A program made the position numbers and the translations under genes. A stretch of 64,000 nucleotides of DNA from an uncultured cyanobacterium (GTDB lineage: Bacteria; Cyanobacteriota; Cyanobacteriia; Phormidesmidales; Phormidesmidaceae): positions 992,001 through 1,056,000 of the forward strand of contig CAWBZI010000006.1 of assembly GCA_963793265.1 (NCBI GenBank). The letters are read 5' to 3'. The notes under the pieces were generated by a model. The model was given only the letters and a program-made list of their open reading frames with translations. It did no database searches and was not told where the DNA came from. This document shows positions 8,062-18,507 of the stretch, piece by piece (positions within the stretch are counted from its first letter, which is position 1; each line of letters opens with the position of its first letter).

Positions 8062-10557
8062 GTGATTAACTGCCCCAATCCCAGTTGCAAAGCGGCCAAT
8101 CCTGAAGGCAACGATACCTGTCAGGTTTGTCAGTCGGCAATCCCCCATCGCTACCTATGGGGGGTGGGAAATCTGGTGGCAACGCTCGAGCCTGGTGCAC
8201 TGCTTAATCAGCGCTATTTACTGAAGCGCGATCGCACCTTTCTAGATACTCAGCCCGGATTAGTTCCCGAATCTCTCATAGAGATGCCTGAGTTTTTACT
8301 TCCCTATCTACACCTATCAGCCTATCCATTGCATATGCCGCGTCCGTATGCGGTGATACAAACGCCTGAGAGAGACTACGTGCTGCTGCTAGAGTCCAGC
8401 GCCTTAGCCACAGCAGTGAATGGCGACGAGGTGCCCGCTCAGCTCCCCCAACTTTCAGCTCGTTGGGCCGATGCGCCGCCGCTACGGCAGCTAAGCTGGC
8501 TGTGGCAAATTGCGTATTTATGGGACGCCTTTCAAGCCGAGCAGGCTGCTTCGACACTTCTAGAGAATTCCTTACTGCGCGTAGACGGATCGATATTGCG
8601 ACTGGGTGAGCTGTCATCACCATCTACTGGCGAGCAAGCAGTGCGGGCAATCACTCAGGTAACCGCTAAGCAGCCGACGCTGCTCGATCTAAGCCGTAGC
8701 TGGCAACCGCTCGTGGGAAGCGCGCATCAAGCAATAAGAGTATTTTTAGACCGGGTATGTGAGCAGCTAGACCGGCGACAGATGAACGCTGAACAGCTTA
8801 CAGAGCTTCTGAGCCAGGCAATTTCGATGTGTGCTCAGGGGCAGTCAGTCAGCTACGACTTGGCCGTTTATACTGACCAGGGGCCGACTCGAAAGCGAAA
8901 TGAAGACGCCTGCTATCCCGCCAGCGGCACTGCTCAAACGTTGACAAGCGAGCAAACCAAAACGAACTCTCAGCTACTCATCGTGTGCGATGGTATTGGC
9001 GGACATCAAGGGGGGGACGTGGCATCTAAGCTGGCGATCGCTACCATAGAATCCAGGCTGCAACCGCTGCTATCGGCTGATTCGCTTGAGCTAACCGCTA
9101 CTGAAATAACGCTGGCTATCGAAGCGGCGATTTGCGCAGCTAATGATGAAATTTCGGCTCAGAACGATCAGGCGCAGCGGCAGGCGCGCGATCGCATGGG
9201 CACGACGCTGGTGCTGGCATTAGTTAAGGGTGCGGACGTATACATTGGGCATTTGGGAGATAGCCGGGCCTACCGGATAAGTCAGCGCAACTGTCAGCAG
9301 GTCACTTTAGACGATGATGTCGCCTGTCGGCAGGTCAGGCTCGGTGGCGGTCTATATCGTGAAGTGCTCACGCATCCTGGCTCAGGGTCGTTAATCCAAG
9401 CGCTGGGGATGAGTTCTTCGCAAACGTTGAGGCCGACGGTGCAGCGGTTTGTGCTGGACGAAAACTGTGTGTTTTTGCTGTGTTCGGATGGGTTGAGTGA
9501 TAGCGATCGCGTCGAACAGTTTTGGCAGCAGGTGCTGCGACCTCTCGTCTTAGAAGACAGAACAATCGGGCAATCAACAGCAGAAGTCGGTCAGCGCCTT
9601 GTGAACCTGGCAAATAAATACAACGGTCACGATAATGTCACAGTTGGCCTGCTAACGGCACAAGTTATTAGAGCGTCGGAGCGACGAGTGCCAAGAGATT
9701 TATCAAGTTTGAGCGCGGGTGATACAGTTGCCCCTAGCCGAGCAGCTAGAGGGGCCACCAGGATAGTGAGCCTGCCGCAAGTTGACACTACGGTGAATAG
9801 GTCAACTTCTCAGCCCTCTGCAGATGAAGTGCCCGGCGAGAGCGCAGGTGGCTTAACAACCAGTACATCGGCCTCGACTAGCCTGGGCAAACCCGCCACA
9901 AAGACTTCAGAGTCGTCTGGTAAAAGAGATATTAAAAAGATAGGCGCTGTTGTTGCCCTGCTAGCGGCTTTAGCAGGCGGGCTGTACTTCCTATTTCCGG
10001 GGCTGACCTATCGGTTTACGGCTGATTCGAGAGAAGAGGGCAGTTCCTCTACGGCAGTGACAGCACCCGCAGAACCTTTGGAAGCGACTGAAAATGGGGG
10101 CGTGGGACGACCGCCTGCCGATATTCAATTAGGCGCTTACCTCCGCGTACTACCTAACCTATCGAACCGCACAGAGGCAAACGGTCAGTACGAACCGCTC
10201 AGGCTCTATCCCAATCCCCAAATCGACGACAAGGAGCTGGCCGTTACGATGCCATCTGGCAGCATCGCGCAAGTCGTTGAGCAGGCAACAGAAGGAAATA
10301 CGCAGTGGGTGCGACTCACACTATGTTCTATTCCTTCAGGCGCGTCGCTGGCTGACGTTCCTGCTGAGACAGACGCGCTGCCGCTAGACCAAGAAAGCTC
10401 GCCTACAGGTCTGAGCGATCCAGAAGCACTCAGTGCCGATCAGCCCCTTCCTTTGGATGCAGGGAAAAAGGCTTGGGCTGTGAAATCGTCAATTGCCAGT
10501 GCCTCGGAAAATATTAAAGATTTGCAGCCCACCCAGCGCGGAAGCTGTGGAAGCTGA
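8062..10557 (+). CDS. Membrane-anchored PP2C Ser/Thr phosphatase (PrpJ-like) with N-terminal 4-Cys zinc ribbon
   Basis: CPNPSC..CQVC; PP2C motifs RKRNED, CDGIGGH, GDSR, CSDG, HDNVT; one TM helix (VVALLAALAGGLYFLF). Confidence 0.88.
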   Translation: MINCPNPSCKAANPEGNDTCQVCQSAIPHRYLWGVGNLVATLEPGALLNQRYLLKRDRTFLDTQPGLVPESLIEMPEFLLPYLHLSAYPLHMPRPYAVIQTPERDYVLLLESSALATAVNGDEVPAQLPQLSARWADAPPLRQLSWLWQIAYLWDAFQAEQAASTLLENSLLRVDGSILRLGELSSPSTGEQAVRAITQVTAKQPTLLDLSRSWQPLVGSAHQAIRVFLDRVCEQLDRRQMNAEQLTELLSQAISMCAQGQSVSYDLAVYTDQGPTRKRNEDACYPASGTAQTLTSEQTKTNSQLLIVCDGIGGHQGGDVASKLAIATIESRLQPLLSADSLELTATEITLAIEAAICAANDEISAQNDQAQRQARDRMGTTLVLALVKGADVYIGHLGDSRAYRISQRNCQQVTLDDDVACRQVRLGGGLYREVLTHPGSGSLIQALGMSSSQTLRPTVQRFVLDENCVFLLCSDGLSDSDRVEQFWQQVLRPLVLEDRTIGQSTAEVGQRLVNLANKYNGHDNVTVGLLTAQVIRASERRVPRDLSSLSAGDTVAPSRAARGATRIVSLPQVDTTVNRSTSQPSADEVPGESAGGLTTSTSASTSLGKPATKTSESSGKRDIKKIGAVVALLAALAGGLYFLFPGLTYRFTADSREEGSSSTAVTAPAEPLEATENGGVGRPPADIQLGAYLRVLPNLSNRTEANGQYEPLRLYPNPQIDDKELAVTMPSGSIAQVVEQATEGNTQWVRLTLCSIPSGASLADVPAETDALPLDQESSPTGLSDPEALSADQPLPLDAGKKAWAVKSSIASASENIKDLQPTQRGSCGS

Positions 10558-10569
10558 GAGGAGTGCTGC

Positions 10570-12219
10570 GTGATGTCTGAAAAGGATTCTCTGTGCCTGT
10601 GGCTGGCAATCGATAGGCTGCAAATGCAGCGCGATCACTTTGCGATGTGGATAGTGCGCGCCCCCCATCCGGGCGGGCATGTTCATTACGATCGAGAGTG
10701 GAGCCCGGAGCTAGCGCAGGCGTGGCAAAGCTGGCAGTCTATTTTTTCGCTGCGCGGACTGCCGCAGGTGCCGCATATTCCCTCAGCTTACGTGCCCCAG
10801 TTTGTGCTCGAAGACGTGGCTGAGATGCCAGATGATCCTGTCACCGGGCAGCCTGCAAGCTATAGCAGCCGGTATATGCAGCATTTGGGTGTGAGCTTAT
10901 GGCAGTGGCTATTTGAGGGGCCAATTGAGAGTAGTTTTGAGCGATCGCAGGGTATTGCCATCGGCCAAAACCAACCGCTGCGGCTGCGGCTAGACATTCG
11001 AGATCCTGAGCTGATTGCGCTGCCCTGGGAGATTATGCAGCCGCAGCCAGGTAGCCGGGCGCTGTCTTTGAACCGCAAAATTTTGCTGAGCCGCACCAGC
11101 AACACAGTCGATCCGTTGGAGATAACGGGGCTAGACAATGCGCTGAAGATTTTGCTGGTTATCGGAGAAGATAGTCCAGGGCAAGACGCCCAGCAGGATG
11201 AAGCAGATACTAATGGCGATGACGATGTAATGCTACGGCTCAGTGAGGAGGCCGTACTGCTCAAAAAAATCCTAGAGCAAAGCAGCGATTTGAGTATGCG
11301 ACCTACGGCTAGACGAACCGTAGACGTGCTGCTTCAGCCGAGCGCTGCCGAATTGAGCCGTGTGTTAGAGAAAGGCAGCTATAACGTCTTCTTTTATTCG
11401 GGGCACGGCGTACCAGGGCCAGACGGCGGGCTGTTGTTTTTATCTGATGCTGCCTTAAGTGGCACAGAGTTAGCTCAGGTGCTTGTGCGCGCGAAGGTGA
11501 AGCTGGCCGTATTTAACACCTGCTGGGGCGCGCAGCCGGAGCAAAGTCAGCAGCAGGCGCTTCCTCGTAGCAGCCTGGCAGAGGTGCTGCTATATCACGG
11601 GCTACCGGCGGTGGTGGCAATGCGTGACTCAATAGCTGATGAAGAGGCGATTAGCTTTATTCAGGTGTTTGCCCAAACGCTGGCAGAGCGGAAGCCGGTG
11701 GATGAGGCAGTTGCGATCGCCCGCCAACATCTCCTCACCCTCTACCACTTCAACCAGCCTGCCTGGACGCTGCCTGTGCTGTACATGCACCCGGACTACA
11801 GCGGCACCATTTTACTGAACGAAGAAACCACGCAAATTAACGAACACAGCGACTTTCGCCCCAGGCGGCAGCAGGCCATGTTGCGAGATGCCACTGATAT
11901 TCGCCAAATGTGGCCTATCTACAGCGACGTGATGAGAATTGGCCGCAAACCCGACGACAATGACCTAGTGATTTCTGATCCGTGGGTGTCGAGCAGCCAT
12001 GCCGAAATCTTTCACAGGCGCATCACGGCGCAGAGTCCGGGAGATGGTCTAGAAACCGCTTATTTTTTGCGGGATAATTCTCGATACGGCACGTTTTACC
12101 TCCAAGGCAACGACTGGCGAGAAGTTCACCGTCAGGAGATTACGCTACATTCAGGTACACAAATTCGCTTTGGCAGTAAGTCGGACGGGCGACTGCTAGA
12201 GTTTGTAGTAGAAAACTAG
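10570..12219 (+). CDS. CHAT (caspase/HetF-like) domain protein with C-terminal FHA domain
   Basis: LPWE, YSGHG and FNTCWG (His/Cys dyad), W.LPVLY; FHA motifs IGR...VSSSHA...SRYGT. Confidence 0.87.
   Translation: MMSEKDSLCLWLAIDRLQMQRDHFAMWIVRAPHPGGHVHYDREWSPELAQAWQSWQSIFSLRGLPQVPHIPSAYVPQFVLEDVAEMPDDPVTGQPASYSSRYMQHLGVSLWQWLFEGPIESSFERSQGIAIGQNQPLRLRLDIRDPELIALPWEIMQPQPGSRALSLNRKILLSRTSNTVDPLEITGLDNALKILLVIGEDSPGQDAQQDEADTNGDDDVMLRLSEEAVLLKKILEQSSDLSMRPTARRTVDVLLQPSAAELSRVLEKGSYNVFFYSGHGVPGPDGGLLFLSDAALSGTELAQVLVRAKVKLAVFNTCWGAQPEQSQQQALPRSSLAEVLLYHGLPAVVAMRDSIADEEAISFIQVFAQTLAERKPVDEAVAIARQHLLTLYHFNQPAWTLPVLYMHPDYSGTILLNEETTQINEHSDFRPRRQQAMLRDATDIRQMWPIYSDVMRIGRKPDDNDLVISDPWVSSSHAEIFHRRITAQSPGDGLETAYFLRDNSRYGTFYLQGNDWREVHRQEITLHSGTQIRFGSKSDGRLLEFVVEN
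11713..11720. repeat. HIP1 octamer GCGATCGC (representative copy; many more across the window)
   Basis: Other copies at, e.g., 13120, 17400, 19325, 22769, 22784, 29100, 29136, 33609, 47756. Confidence 0.95.
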
Positions 12220-12346
12220 GTAATAACACTGAACTTTGCCTCAAATGAAGGAAAATTGTTTAGCTTTGCGGAACGGTTGAACGCGCCTCTGTATCCCTTT
12301 TCTGTCACACTTTATAATTTCTGCTAGCACAGATAAACGCACCGCT

Positions 12347-12958
12347 ATGGCTAATCAATCATTCAGCTCTGAGGATAAAGACAGCAAAAACAATGGCCTG
12401 CCTGCGGCTCAAGCTGAGCTGTTGCAGGCTGTTTTAGAAACTGAGGGCTACCCCTGGCTAGCAGATGAAACATCGGTGACATATTCAAAGGAGATAGAAA
12501 ACGCTGGGCTTGCGTTAGAAATTTCTGAAGATGAAGCGGCTCAAGGTTGGCAAGGACTCTCTACACAGCTCAATCAAATGTGGGGTGATCGCACTGCTGA
12601 GGACTCTCTGACAGATCAGCTCGTCGTGAAGTTCGCTGAAAGCCTGCCGAGCGAAGTAATCACGCGCATCGGTGAGAATGCTCAGCGGATCGCCAGTGAG
12701 GCCAAGTCGTCGGGCCAAAGCATGTTGGATCAGATGGTTGCTTGTGTGCAGGATGTAATGACGCAGATGGCCGATGATGACCTGCGCGTGATGGGTAGAC
12801 CGATGGCGATGGCGATGCGCGGCAATAGTGCAGATGAGTTTGTGACGGCAACGATTCAGTCGATACGCACGGCTGAGTGGGAGGCGCTATCACCGATTGA
12901 GCAAGCGCGGCTAAGTTTAGCAGCAGCGCGATATGCCCTTTCACAGGTCGAAGGCTAA
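12347..12958 (+). CDS. Conserved cyanobacterial hypothetical protein
   Basis: 203-aa acidic helical ORF ending WEALSPIEQARLSLAAARYAL; same strand as the PP2C and CHAT genes. Confidence 0.75.
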   Translation: MANQSFSSEDKDSKNNGLPAAQAELLQAVLETEGYPWLADETSVTYSKEIENAGLALEISEDEAAQGWQGLSTQLNQMWGDRTAEDSLTDQLVVKFAESLPSEVITRIGENAQRIASEAKSSGQSMLDQMVACVQDVMTQMADDDLRVMGRPMAMAMRGNSADEFVTATIQSIRTAEWEALSPIEQARLSLAAARYALSQVEG

Positions 12959-12965
12959 AGCAGAA

Positions 12966-13313
12966 TTATTTGCCTTCAGGCTGGAATAGCTGATTGACCA
13001 CGAGCGCTCCAAGTCGGTTAATAAACGGGCAGGTGAGGCCGATGCTGAAGCCTGCTTTAAAGATAAGCTGATTGATTTCCGAGGTGGGTTTAGCAGGATT
13101 GTAGAGGGCGATGAGGAAGGCGATCGCCCCAAAAATCAGCGCAAAAATAACGGCATACAAGACCACAGATGTCACCGCCCGCTCCCACCCTTGCCACGTA
13201 TCCTCAACCCATCGACTCAGCACGGCATTGATACAGGCCGTAGCAGTGCCACTGGCAAATCCGACACAAATTGCGAGCAGAACAGTTTGATCAACGGGCG
13301 TGAGGTAGTTCAT
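12966..13313 (-). CDS. Hypothetical membrane protein
   Basis: 115 aa, about 3 hydrophobic segments; 4-nt overlap with the upstream TPR gene. Confidence 0.7.
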   Translation of the reverse strand: MNYLTPVDQTVLLAICVGFASGTATACINAVLSRWVEDTWQGWERAVTSVVLYAVIFALIFGAIAFLIALYNPAKPTSEINQLIFKAGFSIGLTCPFINRLGALVVNQLFQPEGK

Positions 13314-14611
13314 GAGTTGGGCTGCGTGAGCGATTCTATTTGCTCAATGAAATAATCCTGGCGAAGATCAAGCTGATCGGCAATCACGAGCGCTCGTTCA
13401 AACGCCTTGAGCGCTTCAAAATCATTGCCTTGCTGACGCTGAAGCAACCCAATGCTGTTGTATGCATTCATCACGCCATAGCTGTTGTAAGCCTGCTGCT
13501 CTACAGGCACCAGCAGATTGTAAGCCCCTAGCGCTTCATCAGTAAGGGCAAGGCTTTCGTAAAGCGCACCCAAATCTATAAGCACTTGAGCCGAAAAGCT
13601 GAACTGATCGAACCTTTGGGCGGCGCTGTAGGCTGAGCGATAGTAGGCGATCGCATTGTCAGGCTGGTTGAGTCTGCGGTAGTTTTGAGCGATCGCAAGC
13701 AGCAGTCCCGGCAGCTTCTCTTCGTCACCCTGCCCCTGGTACAGCAAAAGCAAATCCGTCTGTGCGCGGGTCGCATTGGCAAATGAGTCTGCCTGCTGAT
13801 AGCTATAAACTAAACGCTCTAAGTAATCTATTTCCTGAGCCTGATCGCCGTTTGCTCTGGCCGTTTGCAATAGCGCTAAATAAATATCAGCCGCATCGGC
13901 AAATTGAAACCAGGCCAAGTGGAGTTCGGCTAGCGATCGCCGCTGCGGAGTAGGGTCAACCCCTTGCTGGCCAGCAAGCTCAATAAGCTGGCTGTAGACT
14001 TCTACGGTCGAATCAATGTCTCTAAGCGTAGAGAAGGTTTGAGCGATCGCATTTAGCACGACTAAATCCGACTCAGCATCACCGCTAACCAGCAGCCGGG
14101 CTGGTGCCGACTCATCAGGCGGAATTTCAGCAAACTCTTCCGTCTCAGGCTCTAAACCTAACGTCGCCTGTACCGTCTCCCAAATTTCACGCATTCGTAA
14201 GGTCAGCAGTTGCACATCGACCGCGCGCTGATTTTGCCAGGCCAGCGTGGCCGTTCGACTAATCGCATTAAACTCCTCAACCGGGCCGAATATCCGACGC
14301 AGCCGTAGCTCTCGTCGAAATAGCTCAAAGGCCCGATCGACGTTGCCTAGAGCTAGCTGTTGCTGTGCGGCCTGATTCAGTTGTTCTACGCCTGTAGCGA
14401 CTGCGCTTAGCTCTAGCGGGCTGAGGGGCCTATCAACGGTGAGTTCAGGCAGCAGCGGATCGCGAGGTGCGGCGGTGAGGGGGTCAGCAAGAAAGTTTTG
14501 TCGGAGCTGAGGGCTGACCTGTTGGGCGGTCGCTTTAGCAGAGAGAAGACTACCCAGTATTGTTAGGGCGATCGCTGGGTAAAAAACAGCTTGACGTAAC
14601 AGTGAATACAC
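13310..14611 (-). CDS. Secreted tetratricopeptide-repeat protein
   Basis: Signal peptide; repeated TPR-like helices (AIAYY, LGALYE, IGLLQ..G....AL..FERAL). Confidence 0.8.
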   Translation of the reverse strand: MYSLLRQAVFYPAIALTILGSLLSAKATAQQVSPQLRQNFLADPLTAAPRDPLLPELTVDRPLSPLELSAVATGVEQLNQAAQQQLALGNVDRAFELFRRELRLRRIFGPVEEFNAISRTATLAWQNQRAVDVQLLTLRMREIWETVQATLGLEPETEEFAEIPPDESAPARLLVSGDAESDLVVLNAIAQTFSTLRDIDSTVEVYSQLIELAGQQGVDPTPQRRSLAELHLAWFQFADAADIYLALLQTARANGDQAQEIDYLERLVYSYQQADSFANATRAQTDLLLLYQGQGDEEKLPGLLLAIAQNYRRLNQPDNAIAYYRSAYSAAQRFDQFSFSAQVLIDLGALYESLALTDEALGAYNLLVPVEQQAYNSYGVMNAYNSIGLLQRQQGNDFEALKAFERALVIADQLDLRQDYFIEQIESLTQPNS

Positions 14612-14725
14612 AGTTGTTTGCAGAACTTTATGTTCGACGGGCTGGGGGCGAAGCGTAGGCTGAAATTGCGGTAGGCTTGTGACCTGAATAGCAGATCACC
14701 CACCATAGCAAACGCCCACCTCAGT

Positions 14726-15685
14726 ATGTCTTCTAACGTTGCCACTCGTACCGTTCGGATCGGTTCTCGCAAAAGTCAGCTCGCCCTCGTGCAAACCCAC
14801 TGGGTTCAAGCTGAGCTGAGCAAGGCGTATCCCGACATCACCTTTGAAGTCAATACGATGGAGACAAAGGGCGACAAGGTGCTAGACGTGGCGCTCTCAA
14901 AAATCGGTGATAAGGGTCTGTTCACCCAAGAACTCGAAGACGACATGCTCAGTGGCGACATCGATTTTGCGGTGCACTCACTCAAAGATTTGCCCACAAA
15001 TTTGCCCGAAGGGTTGCGGTTGGGCTGTGTCACCAAGCGCGAAGATCCGGCGGACGCTATGGTCGTGCACGAAAAGCACAAGGACAAACAGCTCGATACG
15101 CTGCCTGAAGGGGCAGTGATTGGCACCTCTTCGCTCAGACGCTTAGCACAGCTACGCCACCATTTTCCTCACTTCAAGTTCAAAGATATTCGCGGCAATG
15201 TGAACACCCGGCTGCGCAAGCTAGATGAGGGTGAGTATGACGCGATTGTTTTGGCAGCAGCCGGACTGAATCGGTTGGATATGAGCGATCGCATCCACCA
15301 GCTTCTACCCCCCGAAATTTCACTACATGCCGTTGGGCAAGGGGCTTTGGGCATCGAATGTCGTCAGGGAGACGATGACATCCTCGGATTGCTCAAGGTA
15401 CTAGAGCATGAGCCCACCGCGCAGCGCTGCTATGCCGAAAGAGCCTTTTTGCGCGAATTAGAAGGGGGCTGTCAGGTCCCTATTGGCGTGAATACTATTA
15501 TTGAAGGCGATACGCTGACCCTGAAGGGGATTGTGGCTAGCTTGGACGGGCAGCGCTTAATTTCGGATACGGTGACGGGCGCGCCGGTAGATGCTGAGCA
15601 CATGGGTACTGAGCTGGCGAAACGGCTGCGTGACCAAGGTGCGCAGGAAATTTTGGATGAGATTAATGCGCAGAATCGGTCTTAG
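14726..15685 (+). CDS. hemC: Hydroxymethylbilane synthase (porphobilinogen deaminase)
   Basis: [36 protein letters not shown]. Confidence 0.98.
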   Translation: MSSNVATRTVRIGSRKSQLALVQTHWVQAELSKAYPDITFEVNTMETKGDKVLDVALSKIGDKGLFTQELEDDMLSGDIDFAVHSLKDLPTNLPEGLRLGCVTKREDPADAMVVHEKHKDKQLDTLPEGAVIGTSSLRRLAQLRHHFPHFKFKDIRGNVNTRLRKLDEGEYDAIVLAAAGLNRLDMSDRIHQLLPPEISLHAVGQGALGIECRQGDDDILGLLKVLEHEPTAQRCYAERAFLRELEGGCQVPIGVNTIIEGDTLTLKGIVASLDGQRLISDTVTGAPVDAEHMGTELAKRLRDQGAQEILDEINAQNRS

Positions 15686-15822
15686 GTCTGTCTGTGGGGG
15701 TTGGGGTGATCGCTCATAAAGCGCACTTCTGATAGATGTTTGAAAGTCGGCTTTTCGTTAAAAATAGGAAACTATTCAATCAAAAAGTTCGTTTAAGCGC
15801 TTTTGAAAAGCCCAAGCATCCT

Positions 15823-16248
15823 ATGAGAATTACGCCCAACGTTTCCTATCGCGGCATTGAGAAGACCGACGCTTTGGAAAGTCTGATCAATGAAAAAATT
15901 GAAAAGCTAGAGAAGTTTTATCACCAGATTAGTAGCTGTCGGATTGCCTTAGAAAAAGTGCACGATCATCCTGAGAGTGGTTCGCCCTACCGAGTTCGCC
16001 TCGATATTACTGTGCCTGAGAGCCGCGAAGTTGTAGTTGATAAAAGCCCTGATAACGGCGTGCAGTATGCATCTTTAGAAACCGTCATTCGAGATGCCTT
16101 TGACGTTGCAAATAGACAGCTTAAAGAGCTAAACGAACAGCAGCACAACCACATGAAAACGCATGTTCCGGGCCAGCGCGAAATTGTGCTAGATGACCTA
16201 CCGGCTGGCGAAGTGCCTGCCCCCCCGGCTGACGTGACGGCAAGCTAA
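15823..16248 (+). CDS. HPF/RaiA-family ribosome-associated protein
   Basis: Sigma-54 modulation/S30EA-like pattern (KIEKLEKF...CRIALE...YRVRLDITVP...IRDAFD); ATG at 15823 preferred. Confidence 0.82.
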   Translation: MRITPNVSYRGIEKTDALESLINEKIEKLEKFYHQISSCRIALEKVHDHPESGSPYRVRLDITVPESREVVVDKSPDNGVQYASLETVIRDAFDVANRQLKELNEQQHNHMKTHVPGQREIVLDDLPAGEVPAPPADVTAS

Positions 16249-16275
16249 CGCGGCGAAGACAATCCATAATTTGCG

Positions 16276-16309
16276 AAAAGACGGCTAGTTAGATCAAGCC
16301 GTCTTTTTT
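16276..16309 (+). terminator. Rho-independent terminator
   Basis: AAAAGACGGCT...AGCCGTCTTTTTT. Confidence 0.75.
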
Positions 16310-16468
16310 GTGCGCTATATTCTGTCGTCATTCCTCTGACGTTTTGTCAAGACACCTGATCAGCGCGCTGCTGAGCGTCAGGAAGATTGCAAAAGTCTTA
16401 TCTAGAGACATTCCAAATCACTATAAACTTGAACTTATTAAAAATAAGATTGTTAGATAGGTCGTGAT

Positions 16469-17890
16469 ATGCGAATTTTATTTGTGGCCGCCGAAGCCGC
16501 GCCACTGGCTAAAGTTGGTGGCATGGGTGATGTGGTGGGCAGCCTGCCTGCCGTTTTAAGGGCGATGGGCCATGACGTGCGCGTATTCATGCCCTACTAC
16601 AACATCATGGGCGATAAGCTAGAACCGCCCGGCAAGCCTATATGGTGGGGCCAAGCCATGTTCAACTCGTTTGCTGTGTACGAAAGCAGGCTTCCGGGTA
16701 CGGACGTGCCGCTGTATCTATTCGGCCATCCTTGCTTTGATAACGGCATCATCTACGGCGGCGATGATGAGAGCTGGCGATTTACCTTTTTCGCCAATGG
16801 CGCAGCCGAGTTCGCCTGGAACTACTGGAAGCCCAATATCATCCACTGTCATGACTGGCACACTGGAATGCTGCCGGTTTGGAATCATGAAATCTCAGAT
16901 GTTGGCACGGTTTTCACAATTCACAACCTAGCCTATCAAGGCCCCTGGCGTTGGGAGCTAGAGCGCATTGCGTGGTGTCCTTGGTTTATGCAGGGCCACA
17001 ACACAATGGCCGCAGCATTGCAGTATGCAGATCAGGTCAATACGGTATCGCCAACCTATGCCGACCAGATTAAAACACCAGAATACGGTGAGGAACTAGA
17101 GGGTTTGCTGTCCTTTATTAGCGGCAAGCTGAGCGGCATTGTTAATGGCATCGATACAAAGTCTTTTGACCCAGCAACGGATACCAAAATTGAGCATAAC
17201 TACACGGCAAAGACGCTAGATAAGCGGTCAAAGAATAAGGCCGTTGTGCAAAAGGAAATGGGCTTAACTGAGAATCCAGATGGATTTTTGATTGGGCTGG
17301 TGAGTCGGCTGGTGGAGCAAAAGGGCATCGATCTGATTTTGCAGACGATGGATCGGTATTTGGCCTATTCGGATGCGCAGTTTGTGATTTTGGGGACGGG
17401 CGATCGCGTCTATGAAAACCAGCTTTGGGAACTTGCCGCCCGCTACCCAGGTAGAGCCAGCGCCTACATCATGTACAGCGACAGCCTCGCCCGCAAAATC
17501 TATGCAGGCTGCGATGCCTTCCTCATGCCCTCCCGCTTCGAGCCCTGCGGCATCAGCCAAATGGTCGCGATGCGTTACGGCTGCGTACCCATCGTTCGCC
17601 GCACAGGTGGCCTCGTTGATACCGTCAGCCATAACGACCCTGAGAACAAAGCCGGTACAGGCTACTGCTTCGACCGCTACGAGCCTTTAGACCTATTTAC
17701 CTCAATGGTCAGAGCGTCTGAGGCATATCGCTTTAAGCCTCAGTGGGAGGCGCTGCAAAGACGAGCCATGGGTGAAGACGTGGGCTGGGAGAAGTCAGCA
17801 GTAGAGTACGTCAAGCTGTATAGCAAAGTCATGAACATACCCGCAGAAGATCAGCTACCCGTGCAGTACGGCGGCACGGTTGAGATTTAG
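16469..17890 (+). CDS. glgA: Glycogen synthase
   Basis: KVGGMGDV, HCHDWH, TIHNLAYQG, SRLVEQKG, PSRFEPCG, TGGLVD. Confidence 0.97.
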   Translation: MRILFVAAEAAPLAKVGGMGDVVGSLPAVLRAMGHDVRVFMPYYNIMGDKLEPPGKPIWWGQAMFNSFAVYESRLPGTDVPLYLFGHPCFDNGIIYGGDDESWRFTFFANGAAEFAWNYWKPNIIHCHDWHTGMLPVWNHEISDVGTVFTIHNLAYQGPWRWELERIAWCPWFMQGHNTMAAALQYADQVNTVSPTYADQIKTPEYGEELEGLLSFISGKLSGIVNGIDTKSFDPATDTKIEHNYTAKTLDKRSKNKAVVQKEMGLTENPDGFLIGLVSRLVEQKGIDLILQTMDRYLAYSDAQFVILGTGDRVYENQLWELAARYPGRASAYIMYSDSLARKIYAGCDAFLMPSRFEPCGISQMVAMRYGCVPIVRRTGGLVDTVSHNDPENKAGTGYCFDRYEPLDLFTSMVRASEAYRFKPQWEALQRRAMGEDVGWEKSAVEYVKLYSKVMNIPAEDQLPVQYGGTVEI

Positions 17891-17914
17891 AGTCTCTAGC
17901 AGTTTCATTCAATC

Positions 17915-17950
17915 AAAAAGCCCTCGTCCAGCTAATGAACGAGGGCTTCT
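17915..17950. terminator. Probably bidirectional terminator between glgA and tRNA-Asp
   Basis: AAAAAGCCCTCGT...ACGAGGGCTTCT hairpin between convergent genes. Confidence 0.7.
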
Positions 17951-17982
17951 TATATGCGACCTTAAGTTGTGAATAACTTAAA

Positions 17983-18056
17983 CGGGCCCGACGAGATTCG
18001 AACTCGCAACTTCCGCCGTGACAGGGCGGTGCTCTAACCAATTGAACTACGGGCCC
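17983..18056 (-). tRNA. trnD: tRNA-Asp (GTC)
   Basis: Reverse complement GGGCCCGTAGTTCAATTGGTTAGAGCACCGCCCTGTCACGGCGG...GTTCGAATC...CGGGCCCG. Confidence 0.97.
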
Positions 18057-18103
18057 TTGCTTAGTAGAGGTCGCAGTTCTGCTCCCTTCTCAAGGCGATC
18101 TCT

Positions 18104-18132
18104 ATTGTGCGGATATGAGGACGCTTTGTCAA
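18104..18132 (-). promoter_or_regulatory. Sigma70-type promoter of tRNA-Asp
   Basis: Minus strand: TTGACA, 17-nt spacer, CACAAT. Confidence 0.6.
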
Positions 18133-18249
18133 ACATTTTTAGGTGAAAATGTTTTGGATGGTCATAACAGTCTGAGATAGGAGAAGCGATCGCCAAAGCG
18201 ATGCTGAAGTTTTTGAACTTGCTGTAGGAAGAGGTGTAAAGAGGAATAG

Positions 18250-18507
18250 CTAGCGAACCTCTAGCCTATTAAGGCAGCGCATCAAGTTTTCTAAGGTCGC
18301 TGGGTACGAGAGGCTTTCACTCAACAACTGAATTTGATCTTCGCTTAATGATTGAACTTGCCTGTGAACGTCAGCAGGTAAGGTTCCGATACTCTTAGTC
18401 AACATACCTAGCATTAGTCTTGCAGCACCTTCCTGGCGACCTTCCTGGCGACCTTCCTGGCGACCTATTTCAATGCCTTCTTGCGTCCAGCTCGTGATGA
18501 TTTCCAC
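18250..18507 (-). CDS. Predicted nested in-frame small protein (RpnS-like antitoxin, 85 aa)
   Basis: Internal AAGGGAGG SD 5 nt upstream of the in-frame GTG at 18507. Confidence 0.55.
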   Translation of the reverse strand: MEIITSWTQEGIEIGRQEGRQEGRQEGAARLMLGMLTKSIGTLPADVHRQVQSLSEDQIQLLSESLSYPATLENLMRCLNRLEVR

